Positions 41,874 through 52,173 of a stretch of 64,000 nucleotides of DNA are shown here, piece after piece. Each line of letters opens with the position of its first letter. Position 1 is the stretch's first letter. The notes below the pieces were generated by a model. The model saw nothing but the letters and a program-made list of their open reading frames with translations. It was not told where the DNA came from and did no database searches. This stretch comes from an uncultured beta proteobacterium (GTDB taxonomy: Bacteria > Pseudomonadota > Gammaproteobacteria > Burkholderiales > SG8-41): NCBI GenBank assembly GCA_942492335.1, contig CALOEN010000032.1, forward strand, positions 71,510-135,509, read 5' to 3'. The translations under genes and the position numbers were made by a program.

Positions 41874-44800
41874 TTAATTGGTATCGACCGATGTAGGCTG
41901 AGGCACCTTGACCCGGAACAGGATCGCATACAGCGTCGGCACGACGATCATGGTCAGGATCGACGCGAAGCCCAGCCCGGCCATGATGGTGATCGACATG
42001 TTGACGAAGAAGACGTCCGTCAGCAGCGGAATCAGGCCCAGGATGGTGGTAGTCGCCGCCAGCAGTACCGGGCGTAGACGGCTGACCGCCGAATCCAGGA
42101 TGGCCGTGTAGGGCTCCTTGCCCTCCTCGATCTGCTGGTCGATCTCCTCGATCAGGACGATGGCGTTCTTGATCAACAGGCCCACCAGGGACAGGGCCCC
42201 GAGCAGGCCCATGAAGTCGAAGGCATGGTTGGTGCCCAAGAGCCCGGCCGTGATACCGATGATGGCGAGCGGCACCGTGAGCCAGATGATCAGCGGCTGG
42301 CGCACCTTGCCGAAGAGCAGGATGGTGATCAGGATCATCATCAGGAAGCCCCCGGGCAGGGCCGCGGCCAATGCGGTTTGCGCGTTTTGACTGTCCTCGT
42401 ACTCCCCGCCCCACGCCAGCGAATAACCCGGGGGCAGCTCCATGGCCTCGATCTGGGGGCGCAGGCGAACGAACACGGGCGTGGCCAGCTCGCCGGTTGG
42501 ATTGGCCGATGCGATGATGGTCTGAATACGATCACGCCCGCGCACCACCGTGTTCTCCCAAACCGTCTCGAATCCCGAGATCACCTGGGCCGCCGGGATG
42601 CCCTTGGCCAGCACCGGGCTCCAGACCTGGATGTCCTGGATGTTGTCGATGTCCGCTCGCTCCGCGTCCGGCGCCCGCCCATAGATGGGCAGCAGGCGCA
42701 CGCCGTCGCGGTACAGGCCTACCGGCGCGCCCTCGTAGGCGTACTGCAAGGCACTGGACAGATCGTCATAGGTAATACCCAGCTGCCGACCCACCTGCTC
42801 ATTGAACACCGGCCGCACCAGCTTCACCGGCTCGCGCCAGTCGTCGCGCACATCCTTGGTCTCCGGATCGGCGCGCAGTATCGCCTTGGCCTGATCGGCG
42901 AGCTCACGCAGCACCTTGGGGTCGGGACCGCTCAGGCGTGCCTCGATCTTGGAATCCCGCCCGGGACCGATGCGCAGGGACTTGAGGATGGGGTCCAGAT
43001 GGGGCATCCCATCCCGCATCATGACGTCCACCGCGTCCCACACCGCCGGGATCTGGTCCCGGGTCTCGGTCTGCACGATGATCTGGGCGTACACCGCGTC
43101 CTGATCCCTGGGGTCGTACACCAAGGTGAATCGCTGGTGAGGGCCGCCCACCACTGACGTAGTCTGGACGACACCCGGCTGCTCGCGCAGGAACTCGGCA
43201 ATCGCCAGGGTGTCGTCGCGGGTCCTGCGGATATCCGTACCCTGGGGCTCCCAGATGTCGACGAAGAACATCGGCGTGTTGGACTCGGGGAAGAATGCCT
43301 GCTTCACCGATCCGAAGCCGATCACGGCCAGGACGAACATGCCTACGACGATCCCCAACGTCATCCAGCGAAAACGAATCGCGGTTGCGACAAAACCGCG
43401 ATAGACCTTGAAGAAACTGCCCCCGTAGGGGTCCTTCTCTTCACCGCTGCCCGCGTCCTTGTCCGGCTTGAGCAGCAGGGCGCAGAGCAAGGGCGTCGTG
43501 CTGATGGCGGTGACCCAGGACAACAACAAAGAGTAGAGAATGACCCAGAACAGGGAGTTGGCGAACTCGCCGGTCGAATCCGGAGAGAGCCCGATGGCAG
43601 AGAAGGCGACGATGCCGATGATGGTGCCGCCGAGCAAGGCCCAGATGCTCTTACCCACCGTCTCACGTGCCGCTATGGCCGGGTCCATACCCGCGCGGAT
43701 ACGGATCAGCATCCCCTCCGCCACCACGATGGCGTTGTCCACCAGCATACCCAAGGCGATGATCAGACCGCCCAGGGAGATGCGCTGCAGCTCGATGCCG
43801 GCCTGTGCCATGAACATCAGGGTCCCGGCCACCGTGATCAGAAGCACGGCGCCGATGATCAGCCCCACCTTCACCCCCATGAACAGCAGCAGGACGATGA
43901 TGACAATGGCCACCGCCTGGCCGACGCTGACAATGAAGCCGTTGACGGATTTATCCACCTCCACTGGCTGGTTGTAGATCTGTTGCAGATCCATCCCCAG
44001 GGGGATATTCGGAGTCAGCTCCGTGAGACGACGGCCGACGGCTGCACCCACCGCTACCACGTTCTGACCGCCGAGCATGGAGATGCCCAAGGTCAAGGCA
44101 GGCTTGCCGTTGACGAAGAAGTAGCCCTTCGGCACCTCGACATACGAGCGTTTGATCTCCGCAATATCGCGCAGAAAGATCAGCTTCTTGTCGTCGGAGC
44201 CGATGAGTACGTCCCCGATGGCCTTGACCGACTGGAAGGCGCCGGTGGGCTTGATGCGCAGGTACTGGTCCTCGACCCGGACGTGTCCCGCGTCCGCCAC
44301 CACGTTCTGGGACTGGAGGATGTTGCCGATACGCTCCAAGGGGATGCCGAGCTCGGACAGCCTGGAACGGGACATCTCCAGATAGACCACCTCCTGCTGC
44401 TCGCCGCCGATGGAGATCTTGCGCACGCCGGGCACCAGCACCAGCTCGCGCTTCAGATAGTCCGCCGTATTCCACAGGTCACGCCAACTGTAGCCATCCC
44501 CGGTGAGGGCCACATAGACCCCATAAACATCTGCGAACTCATCGACCACGATGGGCTTCTGGGCCCCGGGGGGGAGCTTGCTCTCCATATCCGTGATCTT
44601 GCGCCTGAGCTCGTCATAGATGCCCGGAAAGTCCTCGGGTTTGTACTTGTCCTTGAACTGGATTAGGATATCCGACATCCCGGGACGGGAGATGGACATC
44701 TTGATGTACTTGATCTGCTCCATGCGTTGGATGGCATCCTCCACATGGTAGGTGACCTCGTCCTGGACCTCTTGGGCCGATGCGCCGGGGTAGTAGGTAA

Positions 44801-44942
44801 TCACCTTTGCATTCTTGATGGTGAACGGGGGGTCCTCGAGCTTACCCATCTCCTCGTAAGCAGAGATCCCTCCGCCTACCAGGACGATGACGATCAGCCA
44901 GGAGACAACCTTGCTGCGTACCGAATACTCGCCGATGTTCAT
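41874..44942 (-). CDS. RND efflux permease (AcrB/AcrD/AcrF family)
   Basis: 1022 aa; GMLVDNAIVV, LIKNAIVLIE, SRLRPVLLAATTTILG. Confidence 0.97.
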   Translation of the reverse strand: MNIGEYSVRSKVVSWLIVIVLVGGGISAYEEMGKLEDPPFTIKNAKVITYYPGASAQEVQDEVTYHVEDAIQRMEQIKYIKMSISRPGMSDILIQFKDKYKPEDFPGIYDELRRKITDMESKLPPGAQKPIVVDEFADVYGVYVALTGDGYSWRDLWNTADYLKRELVLVPGVRKISIGGEQQEVVYLEMSRSRLSELGIPLERIGNILQSQNVVADAGHVRVEDQYLRIKPTGAFQSVKAIGDVLIGSDDKKLIFLRDIAEIKRSYVEVPKGYFFVNGKPALTLGISMLGGQNVVAVGAAVGRRLTELTPNIPLGMDLQQIYNQPVEVDKSVNGFIVSVGQAVAIVIIVLLLFMGVKVGLIIGAVLLITVAGTLMFMAQAGIELQRISLGGLIIALGMLVDNAIVVAEGMLIRIRAGMDPAIAARETVGKSIWALLGGTIIGIVAFSAIGLSPDSTGEFANSLFWVILYSLLLSWVTAISTTPLLCALLLKPDKDAGSGEEKDPYGGSFFKVYRGFVATAIRFRWMTLGIVVGMFVLAVIGFGSVKQAFFPESNTPMFFVDIWEPQGTDIRRTRDDTLAIAEFLREQPGVVQTTSVVGGPHQRFTLVYDPRDQDAVYAQIIVQTETRDQIPAVWDAVDVMMRDGMPHLDPILKSLRIGPGRDSKIEARLSGPDPKVLRELADQAKAILRADPETKDVRDDWREPVKLVRPVFNEQVGRQLGITYDDLSSALQYAYEGAPVGLYRDGVRLLPIYGRAPDAERADIDNIQDIQVWSPVLAKGIPAAQVISGFETVWENTVVRGRDRIQTIIASANPTGELATPVFVRLRPQIEAMELPPGYSLAWGGEYEDSQNAQTALAAALPGGFLMMILITILLFGKVRQPLIIWLTVPLAIIGITAGLLGTNHAFDFMGLLGALSLVGLLIKNAIVLIEEIDQQIEEGKEPYTAILDSAVSRLRPVLLAATTTILGLIPLLTDVFFVNMSITIMAGLGFASILTMIVVPTLYAILFRVKVPQPTSVDTN

Positions 44943-44959
44943 TTTGCAGGGCTCCCGGC

Positions 44960-46237
44960 TCAGGATTCGCTGTCGGCCGCGGGGGTCCCCACGTCAACGG
45001 GTGCGTCAACTGGTGCTTCGACAGGAAGTGCAGGCACTGCCTCCTTCTCGGCCTTCTCAACCTCCCTCTCGGCCTTCTCGATCTCAGGGTCGCTAGGGAA
45101 CGGGGCCTCCTCAGGGCGCGGCAGCGCCTGCTCGAGCTGCTCCATCAGGCGCACCTGCATCCCCTCGGCCAGATAGCCGACGCCGGCCGTAACGATGCGC
45201 GAGCCCGGCTCGATTCCGCTATCGATCTCGATGTTCCACCCGCTCATGCGACCTACCTGGACGGGCTGCTTGGAGACCGTCATGGCCTGCTCGTCGATGA
45301 CCCACACGAAGGGTTGGAGGCCCGCGTCCGCCGTCACTGAACTGACTGGCAGGTAGTATTTGGTATTTGTATTCTGGACCGCGCCAAGATCGGCAACCAC
45401 GCCTGCGGTCATTCCGGGCAAGATAGTCACGCCCTTCGGAGCCACCATCAGGAAGGTGACCGCGAAGGTTTGAGTAGCCGCATCGGCACGGGTCGAGACC
45501 TCCTTGAACACCAGATCGATACGCGCGTCCGGCGCGGCGTCGAAGGTCGCATACACAGGCACCTGGTTGGGCGCGTCCCCACGTCCGGCGCGATCGATGC
45601 GCGAAACAATGCTCTCCGGTACGTCCACCTTGATTTCCAACTGGTTCTCGTCCTGAATCGCCAACACGTTCTGCTTCGCCTGCACCTCTTCGGCCTCCTG
45701 GACGTAGCGCTGCGCAACGGTGCCGCCGAACGGTGCCTCCAGCTTCGTGTACTTGATGTCCTGCTCGGCCGCGTTTAGTGCCGCCTCGGCATTCTTGAAC
45801 TCGCCCTCCTTCTTGTCGTAGTCGGTACGGGAGATGAACCCGTCCTTGACAAGCTCCTTGGCACGATCGAAGTCGTTCTTGGTGCGATCGTAAGTCGCCT
45901 TCCGGTCCTTGAGCGTGATCTCATAATCGGTCGGGTCCAGCTCGACCAATACCTGCCCCCGCTCGACCACGTCGCCTTCGCGGACATGGACCGTCTTCAC
46001 CGTCCCCGGAACACGGAAGGCCAGCTCGGCCTTGCTGGCGGAATCGACGCGACCCGGGAACCTGCGTTCGCCGCCGGCCTCGGGGCCACCGACAATCAGG
46101 CTCTTGACCGGACGGGCGGAGTCGACGACCTGCTCCTCTTCCTCTTTGGAGCATCCGCCAATGGCTGTGAGAACGGCGGAAAGGATCAGCACAACCGCCG
46201 TCTGTCGACGGCCATTAGACACGGAACAGATCATCAT
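44960..46237 (-). CDS. RND periplasmic adaptor (MFP) lipoprotein
   Basis: Lipobox IGGC, LAFRVPGTV, LEAPFGG, DAATQTF. Acidic Pro-rich tail. Confidence 0.95.
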   Translation of the reverse strand: MMICSVSNGRRQTAVVLILSAVLTAIGGCSKEEEEQVVDSARPVKSLIVGGPEAGGERRFPGRVDSASKAELAFRVPGTVKTVHVREGDVVERGQVLVELDPTDYEITLKDRKATYDRTKNDFDRAKELVKDGFISRTDYDKKEGEFKNAEAALNAAEQDIKYTKLEAPFGGTVAQRYVQEAEEVQAKQNVLAIQDENQLEIKVDVPESIVSRIDRAGRGDAPNQVPVYATFDAAPDARIDLVFKEVSTRADAATQTFAVTFLMVAPKGVTILPGMTAGVVADLGAVQNTNTKYYLPVSSVTADAGLQPFVWVIDEQAMTVSKQPVQVGRMSGWNIEIDSGIEPGSRIVTAGVGYLAEGMQVRLMEQLEQALPRPEEAPFPSDPEIEKAEREVEKAEKEAVPALPVEAPVDAPVDVGTPAADSES

Positions 46238-46529
46238 CAAGAGATTCCTGTGGTGAAATTTGGGCAAAACGTAACTAATCGGCTACCCAGTACGGCGGGA
46301 CTGCTGAATAGTTTCTCAACACATTTTGGGGTCTCCAAAGGAGAGAAGTCTTGCTCTCCCCTCTAGTCGGCATCCGTAAACCGCGTTTTCGGACGCTGAT
46401 CTGAATGGTTGCCGCAAAGCCAGCATATTTTAGCAGACCTTGCCGCATTGGCCTTGCATGATATGGGGTCTGCCGCACGCGGCGGAAAGCGACCTGATTA
46501 CCCTCGATGCAGCATCAATTCCCTGCCCG

Positions 46530-46590
46530 ATGGCACGCCTTCTCCGTCTCGAGTTCTCCGACGCCGTTTACCATGTTACCGCCCGTCGAG
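46530..46590 (+). pseudogene. N-terminal fragment of a REP-associated tyrosine transposase
   Basis: MARLLRLEFSDAVYHVTAR matches the MARPLRxEFxGAxYHVTxRG start. Confidence 0.7.
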
Positions 46591-46869
46591 TTCCAGCGAG
46601 GTCATCAGGCCAAAAACCTGGTCTTCCAGGTCAGCGGCGAACTCGAACAACTCGGCTACCTGGCTGCATGCTCCTTCATTGAACACGGCCATCGCCAGTT
46701 GATGTAACTTCAACAGGTCGGTGCGCAGTTGCGGCGGAGCGCCGTTCTCGCCGTCGTTGAGATCGTCGCGCATCTCGTCAATGGCATCGACGGCGCGCAG
46801 TAAAGCGGTCGTCTCGAAGTTTTCGGGAGTCAGTTCGTCCCATTCCTCGTCGGTGATACTGATCACCAT
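46576..46869 (-). CDS. Tn3-associated TnpC-like protein, 3'-truncated
   Basis: ITDEEWD...LLRAVDAIDEMRDDLN...PPQLRTDLLKLH, lying downstream of the TA pair. Confidence 0.55.
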   Translation of the reverse strand: MVISITDEEWDELTPENFETTALLRAVDAIDEMRDDLNDGENGAPPQLRTDLLKLHQLAMAVFNEGACSQVAELFEFAADLEDQVFGLMTSLELDGR

Positions 46870-46886
46870 ACCCGTCCTTCCCTTAC

Positions 46887-47219
46887 TTACTCGAAAACCG
46901 GGGCGAGCTTCGCCAATACTTCATCCATGATCGCTTGCGGCACGCTTTCCAGCTTGCGGGCGTTGCGCGAGGCCAAATCGATGGCGCGGGGTTGGTCACA
47001 CCGGACAACGCCCGTTGTGCTTGTTCCTGCCCCCATCAGCGACACGGCAAAACCGGCCGTGCGGGCGAAGCTGCCTCCACTGGTGATTGGCAGCACGACT
47101 GGCGTTTTCGTCAGTCGGTTAAAGGCGGACGGGGACACGACCAGCACCGGCCGCGTCCCTTGTTGTTCATGGCCTGAAGTCGGGTCCAGTGAGACTAGGT
47201 AAATATCGCCACGCTCCAT
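46887..47219 (-). CDS. PemK/MazF family toxin
   Basis: MERGDIYLVSLDPTSGHEQQGTRPVLVVSP. Confidence 0.95.
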   Translation of the reverse strand: MERGDIYLVSLDPTSGHEQQGTRPVLVVSPSAFNRLTKTPVVLPITSGGSFARTAGFAVSLMGAGTSTTGVVRCDQPRAIDLASRNARKLESVPQAIMDEVLAKLAPVFE

Positions 47220-47476
47220 TACAGCAACTCGCTACCGACCGGCTTGCCATCGAGCCAGGTGCGATCTTCCGCGCTGACTTCGGCTGATGCGTCGCATTGA
47301 GCCAGCAACTCGTCCAGACTGTAGCGCGGCCGCGGCGTGGGTTCGACCACGAGGCGGCCGTGCTCAACGGCCAGGCCAACCGTGGCGCCGGAGTGCAAGT
47401 GCAACAGGTCGAGGATGACAGGCGGTACGGCCAGCATAACTGAGCCGCCGACCTTTCGCAGCATGGTTGTGTGCAT
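47219..47476 (-). CDS. AbrB/MazE family antitoxin
   Basis: LRKVGGSVMLAVP...YSLDELLAQCD. TAATG coupling to the toxin. Confidence 0.95.
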   Translation of the reverse strand: MHTTMLRKVGGSVMLAVPPVILDLLHLHSGATVGLAVEHGRLVVEPTPRPRYSLDELLAQCDASAEVSAEDRTWLDGKPVGSELL

Positions 47477-47497
47477 GTGGCACCTCTATCGAGTTAA

Positions 47498-47513
47498 GTT
47501 ATATTGAGATATA
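47498..47513. promoter_or_regulatory. TA operator / promoter within a putative res region
   Basis: TTATAT-TGAG-ATATAA palindrome ~25 bp upstream of the antitoxin start, between the antitoxin and the divergent resolvase. Confidence 0.5.
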
Positions 47514-47652
47514 ATCTCTATTAGCCTGAATTGCAAGCCGATGCCTGTCGGAAAACATCTGTTTGGCGACAGGCCGAGCGCACCCTCTACCGAATCACCC
47601 GCGCAGCGCCGCTGGAAATATACGGAAACCTGGTTTTGATGGTTTTCCGCTA

Positions 47653-47955
47653 ATGGTGGTTGGCTACATGCGTGTCACGTCGGACTCCGACCGCCAGAGC
47701 ACGGACCTGCAGCGCGACGCGCTGCTGTCGGCTGACGTGGATGCCCGACACCTGTTCGAGGATCGCGCCTCCGGCGCTAAAGATGTTCGGCCCGGACTAA
47801 CCCAGGCCCTGGCCTTCGTTCGCCCCGGCGACGTGTTCGTTGTCTGGAAGCTGGATCGGCTCGGTCGCTCGCTGTCGCAACTGCTCGCCATCGTGAATAC
47901 GTTGAAGGACAAGCAAGTTGCGTCCCGCTCGCTCACCGAAGGAATGAAGGAATGA
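47653..47955 (+). pseudogene. tnpR: Serine resolvase, truncated (no C-terminal HTH)
   Basis: GYMRV, Q...QRDAL, RPGL, VVWKLDRLGRSL. Stops after ~100 aa. Confidence 0.85.
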
Positions 47956-47964
47956 AAGAAGAAT

Positions 47965-48357
47965 AGATACCACCAGCGCACGGCGCTGCGCGCCCATGAG
48001 GATCGTTTTCACGCCGGCGTTCATGCGCGACTGTCGCCGGCGACGCGCGAACGCCTCGATCCCTTGTTGGGTCCGGACCAGCCCGACGGGATGGTGCGCG
48101 ATGTGGTGTTCCCGGTGGTCGGAGAACAGACGTTGCGCGATCTGGTCAAGGAGTGGAAAGCCAGCGGCCCGACCTACCGCGTCACGCTGCGCACCGTGAT
48201 CCGCAATGCGTACCGGGGCCACTACCGCCGCATGGTACTCAAACTGCTTGCGGTGCTGGAATTCCGCTCCAACAACGAGCGCCATCGCCCGGTGATGCTG
48301 GCACTGGTGAAGCGATTCGCCGGGACCAAGGTGCACACCTTTCCGTGGGACCTCTAA
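47965..48357 (+). pseudogene. tnpA: Tn3 family transposase internal fragments
   Basis: ALRAHEDRFHAGVHARLSPATRERLD, then VRDVVFPVVGEQTLRDLVKE...HYRRM...LEFRSNN. Confidence 0.8.
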
Positions 48358-48606
48358 TTCGATAGTACCAGCCTAGTTGGGCCGTTTTCCTAGCCGCATT
48401 TCTCGCAACGTGCCGATTACGTTCGGGTGGCCTCTGGGGCAGCCCCAAAACGTGTGGTGCAAACTATTTCGATAGCAGACGCTGTTAAACTGCAATGCCG
48501 GTAACAATGCATAAACTACCGTGGTAACAAATATGACCTGACGGTCGCATGGCCACACCCCCGACTCGTGGTCGATTTCAGGGCGGCTGCAACGGTCGTA
48601 GGAGGG

Positions 48607-48855
48607 ATGATGTTTCCGCGTATCGTGACGGTCCGTAAGCCTAATAAACACTATCAGTACCTGGTGATCAGCGAGTCTGCGCGCATCAAAGGGAAGGGCT
48701 CGACGACGCGCAATATTGCCAATCTCGGAAACATCGAGAAATTTCAGCCCCGGGATATTGCCAGTCTGATCGATGGGCTGATCCGTCTGTTCGAGTTAGA
48801 CCACTATGCACTCACAGACGATGTCGAGATCCTGGAATCCCTTGAGAACGGAAGC
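48607..48855 (+). pseudogene. IS1634-like transposase N-terminal fragment
   Basis: MFPRIVTVRK..K.YQYLVISES.R..G...TRNIANLG. GGAGG RBS. Confidence 0.65.
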
Positions 48856-49130
48856 AGTATGTCCTGCCACTCCGGGCCAGTCTCGAAACTTGAGCGATAG
48901 GACTGCCACGGACGTGTGGTGTCGGCTGTCTTCAGGTGGAGATTGTAGCGTTCGCCGTTGCCGCGCGCGAAGAGTCGGATGCCATCATACGCACTCACGT
49001 CCAACAGCCCGTCTCGAGACAGATCGAGCGAAAGTTGCAGGAAGCCGCCATTATTTTCGAGGCTCACACGCCCTCGAAGGCAGCGCGCGCGGCGACCATC
49101 GACTTGCTCGTCGGAATGCTCGCGCTTTGC
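48840..49130 (-). pseudogene. CIA30 family protein fragment
   Basis: LRGRVSLENNGGF, YDGIRLFARGNGERYNL, WQSYRSSF. Confidence 0.8.
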
Positions 49131-49372
49131 AATTCTCAGGGGTCGTGTCATATAGTGGAGTGCAGCCAAAGAGAGGCTTCTTGTCTAGACCCCGTTTCCC
49201 CGCGCCGCCAATGTTTGGCCTGCGGTATTCGGTCATCGAACAATCATTCGGTCAGGGACGTTGTGTCTCGACTGGCTTATGAGGCGGAATCGGGACGATA
49301 TATCTGGCATGTAATAACGAAAGATCCCATCTTTTCACGGCTTCCTAACCAGTAGTCACTCTCCACCCCGGT

Positions 49373-51685
49373 ATGCCTATGCCCGAAGGGAATCAGTCCC
49401 CCGCTAACCTTGAGGAAACCCTCCACCATCTGGAAGAACCGAGCCTCTGCCCCCTGGATCTGCTTCCTCCCCGGACCCTCGTGGAAAAGCTCATCGAGCT
49501 GGAAATTCAGGGGGTGCCGGAGGTGCCTTACAAGGTCTCCCAGCAGTTCGCAGCGTTGCTCAGTTCCCTCCGGCATACGGATACGTCCGGTCTCCGGGTG
49601 GTGGTTCTGGGCGGTGGTACGGGTCTATCCAACGTCATCGGCGGCGATTCCCGACAGCAGAATTGGCCGTCAGACCCCTTTCACGGGCTCAAAGCGATCT
49701 TTCCCAACACCCGCGCCATTGTCTGCGTGACCGATGATGGCGGTTCCACAGGTGAACTGCTCAAGGATCTACCGCTCATCGCGCTGGGGGATCTGCGGCA
49801 TGTGATGCTTTCTTCCGTGCAGGAGGACAGGCTTGCCCGCCTTTACGGTTACGGGCGGGCCGAGGCGCTCGCCACCATGCGGGTCCTCCATGCCTTCTTC
49901 AACCACCGCTTCACGCAGCGGCCTGTCTCTATCGAGGACATTACCCTTCTGAACGGCTTCGATTTGGATATCCTTCCGGAATCCATGCGCGAGCGGCTCT
50001 ATCAACTCCTGGCCCTGCTTTTTACAGACCCGGCCCTCGCCATGCTGCTCGACCGACCGCACTGCCTCGGCAACCTGCTGATTGCCGCTTCCATCCATCT
50101 ACACCGGGGCAGGAATGGCAAGCCTTCCGCCACAACTTTCGGCGGGACCGATCGTGCGGTGGTGGAGGGAATCCGGACGCTCTCGAGCACAATCGGCGCC
50201 TCGCCGGACGCCGTGTTCCCCTGCACCACCACCCCGGCACGGCTAAAAATCCGTTATGCCAACGGCGTCATGGTGACGGGCGAGAACAAAAGTGGACTCG
50301 CGAGCCGTAACTTCCCCGTGGACCGGGTTTTTGTCGAATTTGTGCGGGAGCCCCATGTGCCGGTCGAAGTGCTCGCGGCCATCCGGGAGGCGGATATTAT
50401 CATCTTTGCGCCCGGCAGCCTGTTCACGAGCATCATCCCCATCCTGCAAACCCCGGGAGTAGCCGCGGCAGTGCGGGAGAACCGGCATGCATTTAAGACG
50501 CTCATCGCCAATCTCTGGGTGCAACGCGGTGAAACCGATCTTTCCCGGGAAGACCCCAAGCGCCGCTTCCACATCTCGGACCTGCTGCTCGCGTACCATC
50601 GGAACATCCCGGGCGGGGTGCACGGGCTGTTCCGGCAGGTGATGGTGATAGGCCTCCGGGACGTCCAGGGCAGTATTCTGCAGAGCTATGCGGTGGAGGG
50701 TAAGATGCCCATCTACCTCGACCGGAGTCGGGTCTTCGAGATGGGCTTTCTTCCGGTCGAGGGACGGATATTCTCGAAGCGGCGCCTGGCGGAACGAAGG
50801 GTGGTCCAGCATGACGCCGAAAACCTGGCCCGGGCCGTCCGCACCGCCTGGGCTGTCCGTGGTCGGCTGCAGGCGGACGCGCCGGAGAACCTGCCCAGCT
50901 GTTTTTTCATGGCTCAGCCGGTCGTCCATCCCTCCGACGAGCTGCCCAACGAGCGCTACTCCAGGATACGGGAGCGGCTGACCAACATTGATGTGGAGGC
51001 CGATCTGCGTGGAAAGCTGGTCGAAATCCTCTGGTACCATCAGGACATTCCTCTGGACCATCTCGACTTCATGGAAGGCGTCAGTATTGTCCCTACAAGC
51101 CAGTGGAGCCGGGATCAGGCCTGGGACCGCATTCTTTCGTTTTATGACCCCGAAAAAAGGGTCATCACCATCCGGCAGGATATCACCGGGGATGAAGAGC
51201 GCCTGGAGGTTGCCTTCCTCATTGCACTCGGCCAGTCGTTGCTCGGCAATTATGCAGCAACGAAAGCCATGCGGCCGGTGGTAGTGGAACAAGAACATTT
51301 GGGCAAAATCTTTGAACTCTGCCTGCGGCCTGAAGCCGAACGGAGCTGCTTTTTTTCCACCATGGACCTGCACTATTTTTTGGAACTTGCCCGTATGCAG
51401 CGGTCATCCAAGGACCAGCTCCGCTATACCCGGCTCGTGAACTCAAGCGAAGGGTTCACCCCGCCGGGACTGCTTCTGGGAATGACCTATGCCTGGTATC
51501 TTGATAACCGTTTTGCCGCCCACATCGAGTACAAGATGGCCATCCGTCGCATCGCGGTGAGTGACCTCATTCATGAGCAGGTGCGGATGCGCTCCCACCG
51601 GCAGTCCATTATCGACTTTTTTCGATGCGTGGTCTTCCGGCAAGATCATCCGGCCTTTACAGAGGGGAAACGGTGTTCGAGGTAG
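49373..51685 (+). CDS. Elongated YvcK/CofD-family protein; last few codons probably come from a junction
   Basis: VVVLGGGTGLS, VTDDGGSTG, GDLR, IIFAPGSLFTSIIP, plus a ~270-aa extra C-terminal domain. Confidence 0.88.
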   Translation: MPMPEGNQSPANLEETLHHLEEPSLCPLDLLPPRTLVEKLIELEIQGVPEVPYKVSQQFAALLSSLRHTDTSGLRVVVLGGGTGLSNVIGGDSRQQNWPSDPFHGLKAIFPNTRAIVCVTDDGGSTGELLKDLPLIALGDLRHVMLSSVQEDRLARLYGYGRAEALATMRVLHAFFNHRFTQRPVSIEDITLLNGFDLDILPESMRERLYQLLALLFTDPALAMLLDRPHCLGNLLIAASIHLHRGRNGKPSATTFGGTDRAVVEGIRTLSSTIGASPDAVFPCTTTPARLKIRYANGVMVTGENKSGLASRNFPVDRVFVEFVREPHVPVEVLAAIREADIIIFAPGSLFTSIIPILQTPGVAAAVRENRHAFKTLIANLWVQRGETDLSREDPKRRFHISDLLLAYHRNIPGGVHGLFRQVMVIGLRDVQGSILQSYAVEGKMPIYLDRSRVFEMGFLPVEGRIFSKRRLAERRVVQHDAENLARAVRTAWAVRGRLQADAPENLPSCFFMAQPVVHPSDELPNERYSRIRERLTNIDVEADLRGKLVEILWYHQDIPLDHLDFMEGVSIVPTSQWSRDQAWDRILSFYDPEKRVITIRQDITGDEERLEVAFLIALGQSLLGNYAATKAMRPVVVEQEHLGKIFELCLRPEAERSCFFSTMDLHYFLELARMQRSSKDQLRYTRLVNSSEGFTPPGLLLGMTYAWYLDNRFAAHIEYKMAIRRIAVSDLIHEQVRMRSHRQSIIDFFRCVVFRQDHPAFTEGKRCSR

Positions 51686-51878
51686 ACGTCGTAAGCCATG
51701 CGATGGGCGTTGTTGTGAAAGTATCGGCAGATGCTCTCCAGGCTCTCGCGACGCTGGCCCTTGAGCTTGTGGTGTGTCACATGTGCGGCTTGCCACAGGT
51801 AGCCGAGGGCGTGGAGCAGATCGAGGATCTCGGTCACGTCCGCAAGCGCCTCGGGCAAGTACACCCAGCCGGCCCGCC
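51664..51878 (-). pseudogene. ISKra4/ISLre2-like transposase fragment
   Basis: ILDLLHALGYLWQAA, YFHNNAHRMAYDVYL..RFP. Confidence 0.65.
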
Positions 51879-51880
51879 AC

Positions 51881-52095
51881 GTGCTCGTTCTGTTGGATGA
51901 GAAAGACCGGGTTGTGTACCGAGAGCGGTTGCCGAACGACCTGCAATTGGTGCTCAAAGATCTCGAGACCTATCGGGATGCAATCGAAGGGCTGGTGGTG
52001 GAATCAACCGACAACTGTTACTGGCTGGTCGACGGATTGATGGATGCCGGTTACCGAGTGCACTTGGCCAAGACCGCTGCCATCGTGCAGTACTC
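51881..52095 (+). pseudogene. IS110 family transposase N-terminal fragment
   Basis: RLPNDL...GLVVESTDNCYWLVDGLMDAGYRVHLA.TAAIVQYS. Confidence 0.85.
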
Positions 52096-52173
52096 TTTCT
52101 TGCGTCTTTGCGCGATGCCTTTTCGAGATATGGGTAACGGTACCGGCAATGTGCAGGGCTTTGATCTCCAGAC

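Noticed and set aside
44960-45130. Acidic Pro-rich tail of the RND adaptor as a separate domain
   Set aside because: It is a low-complexity extension with short imperfect repeats, common in MFPs, with no evidence of a distinct function.
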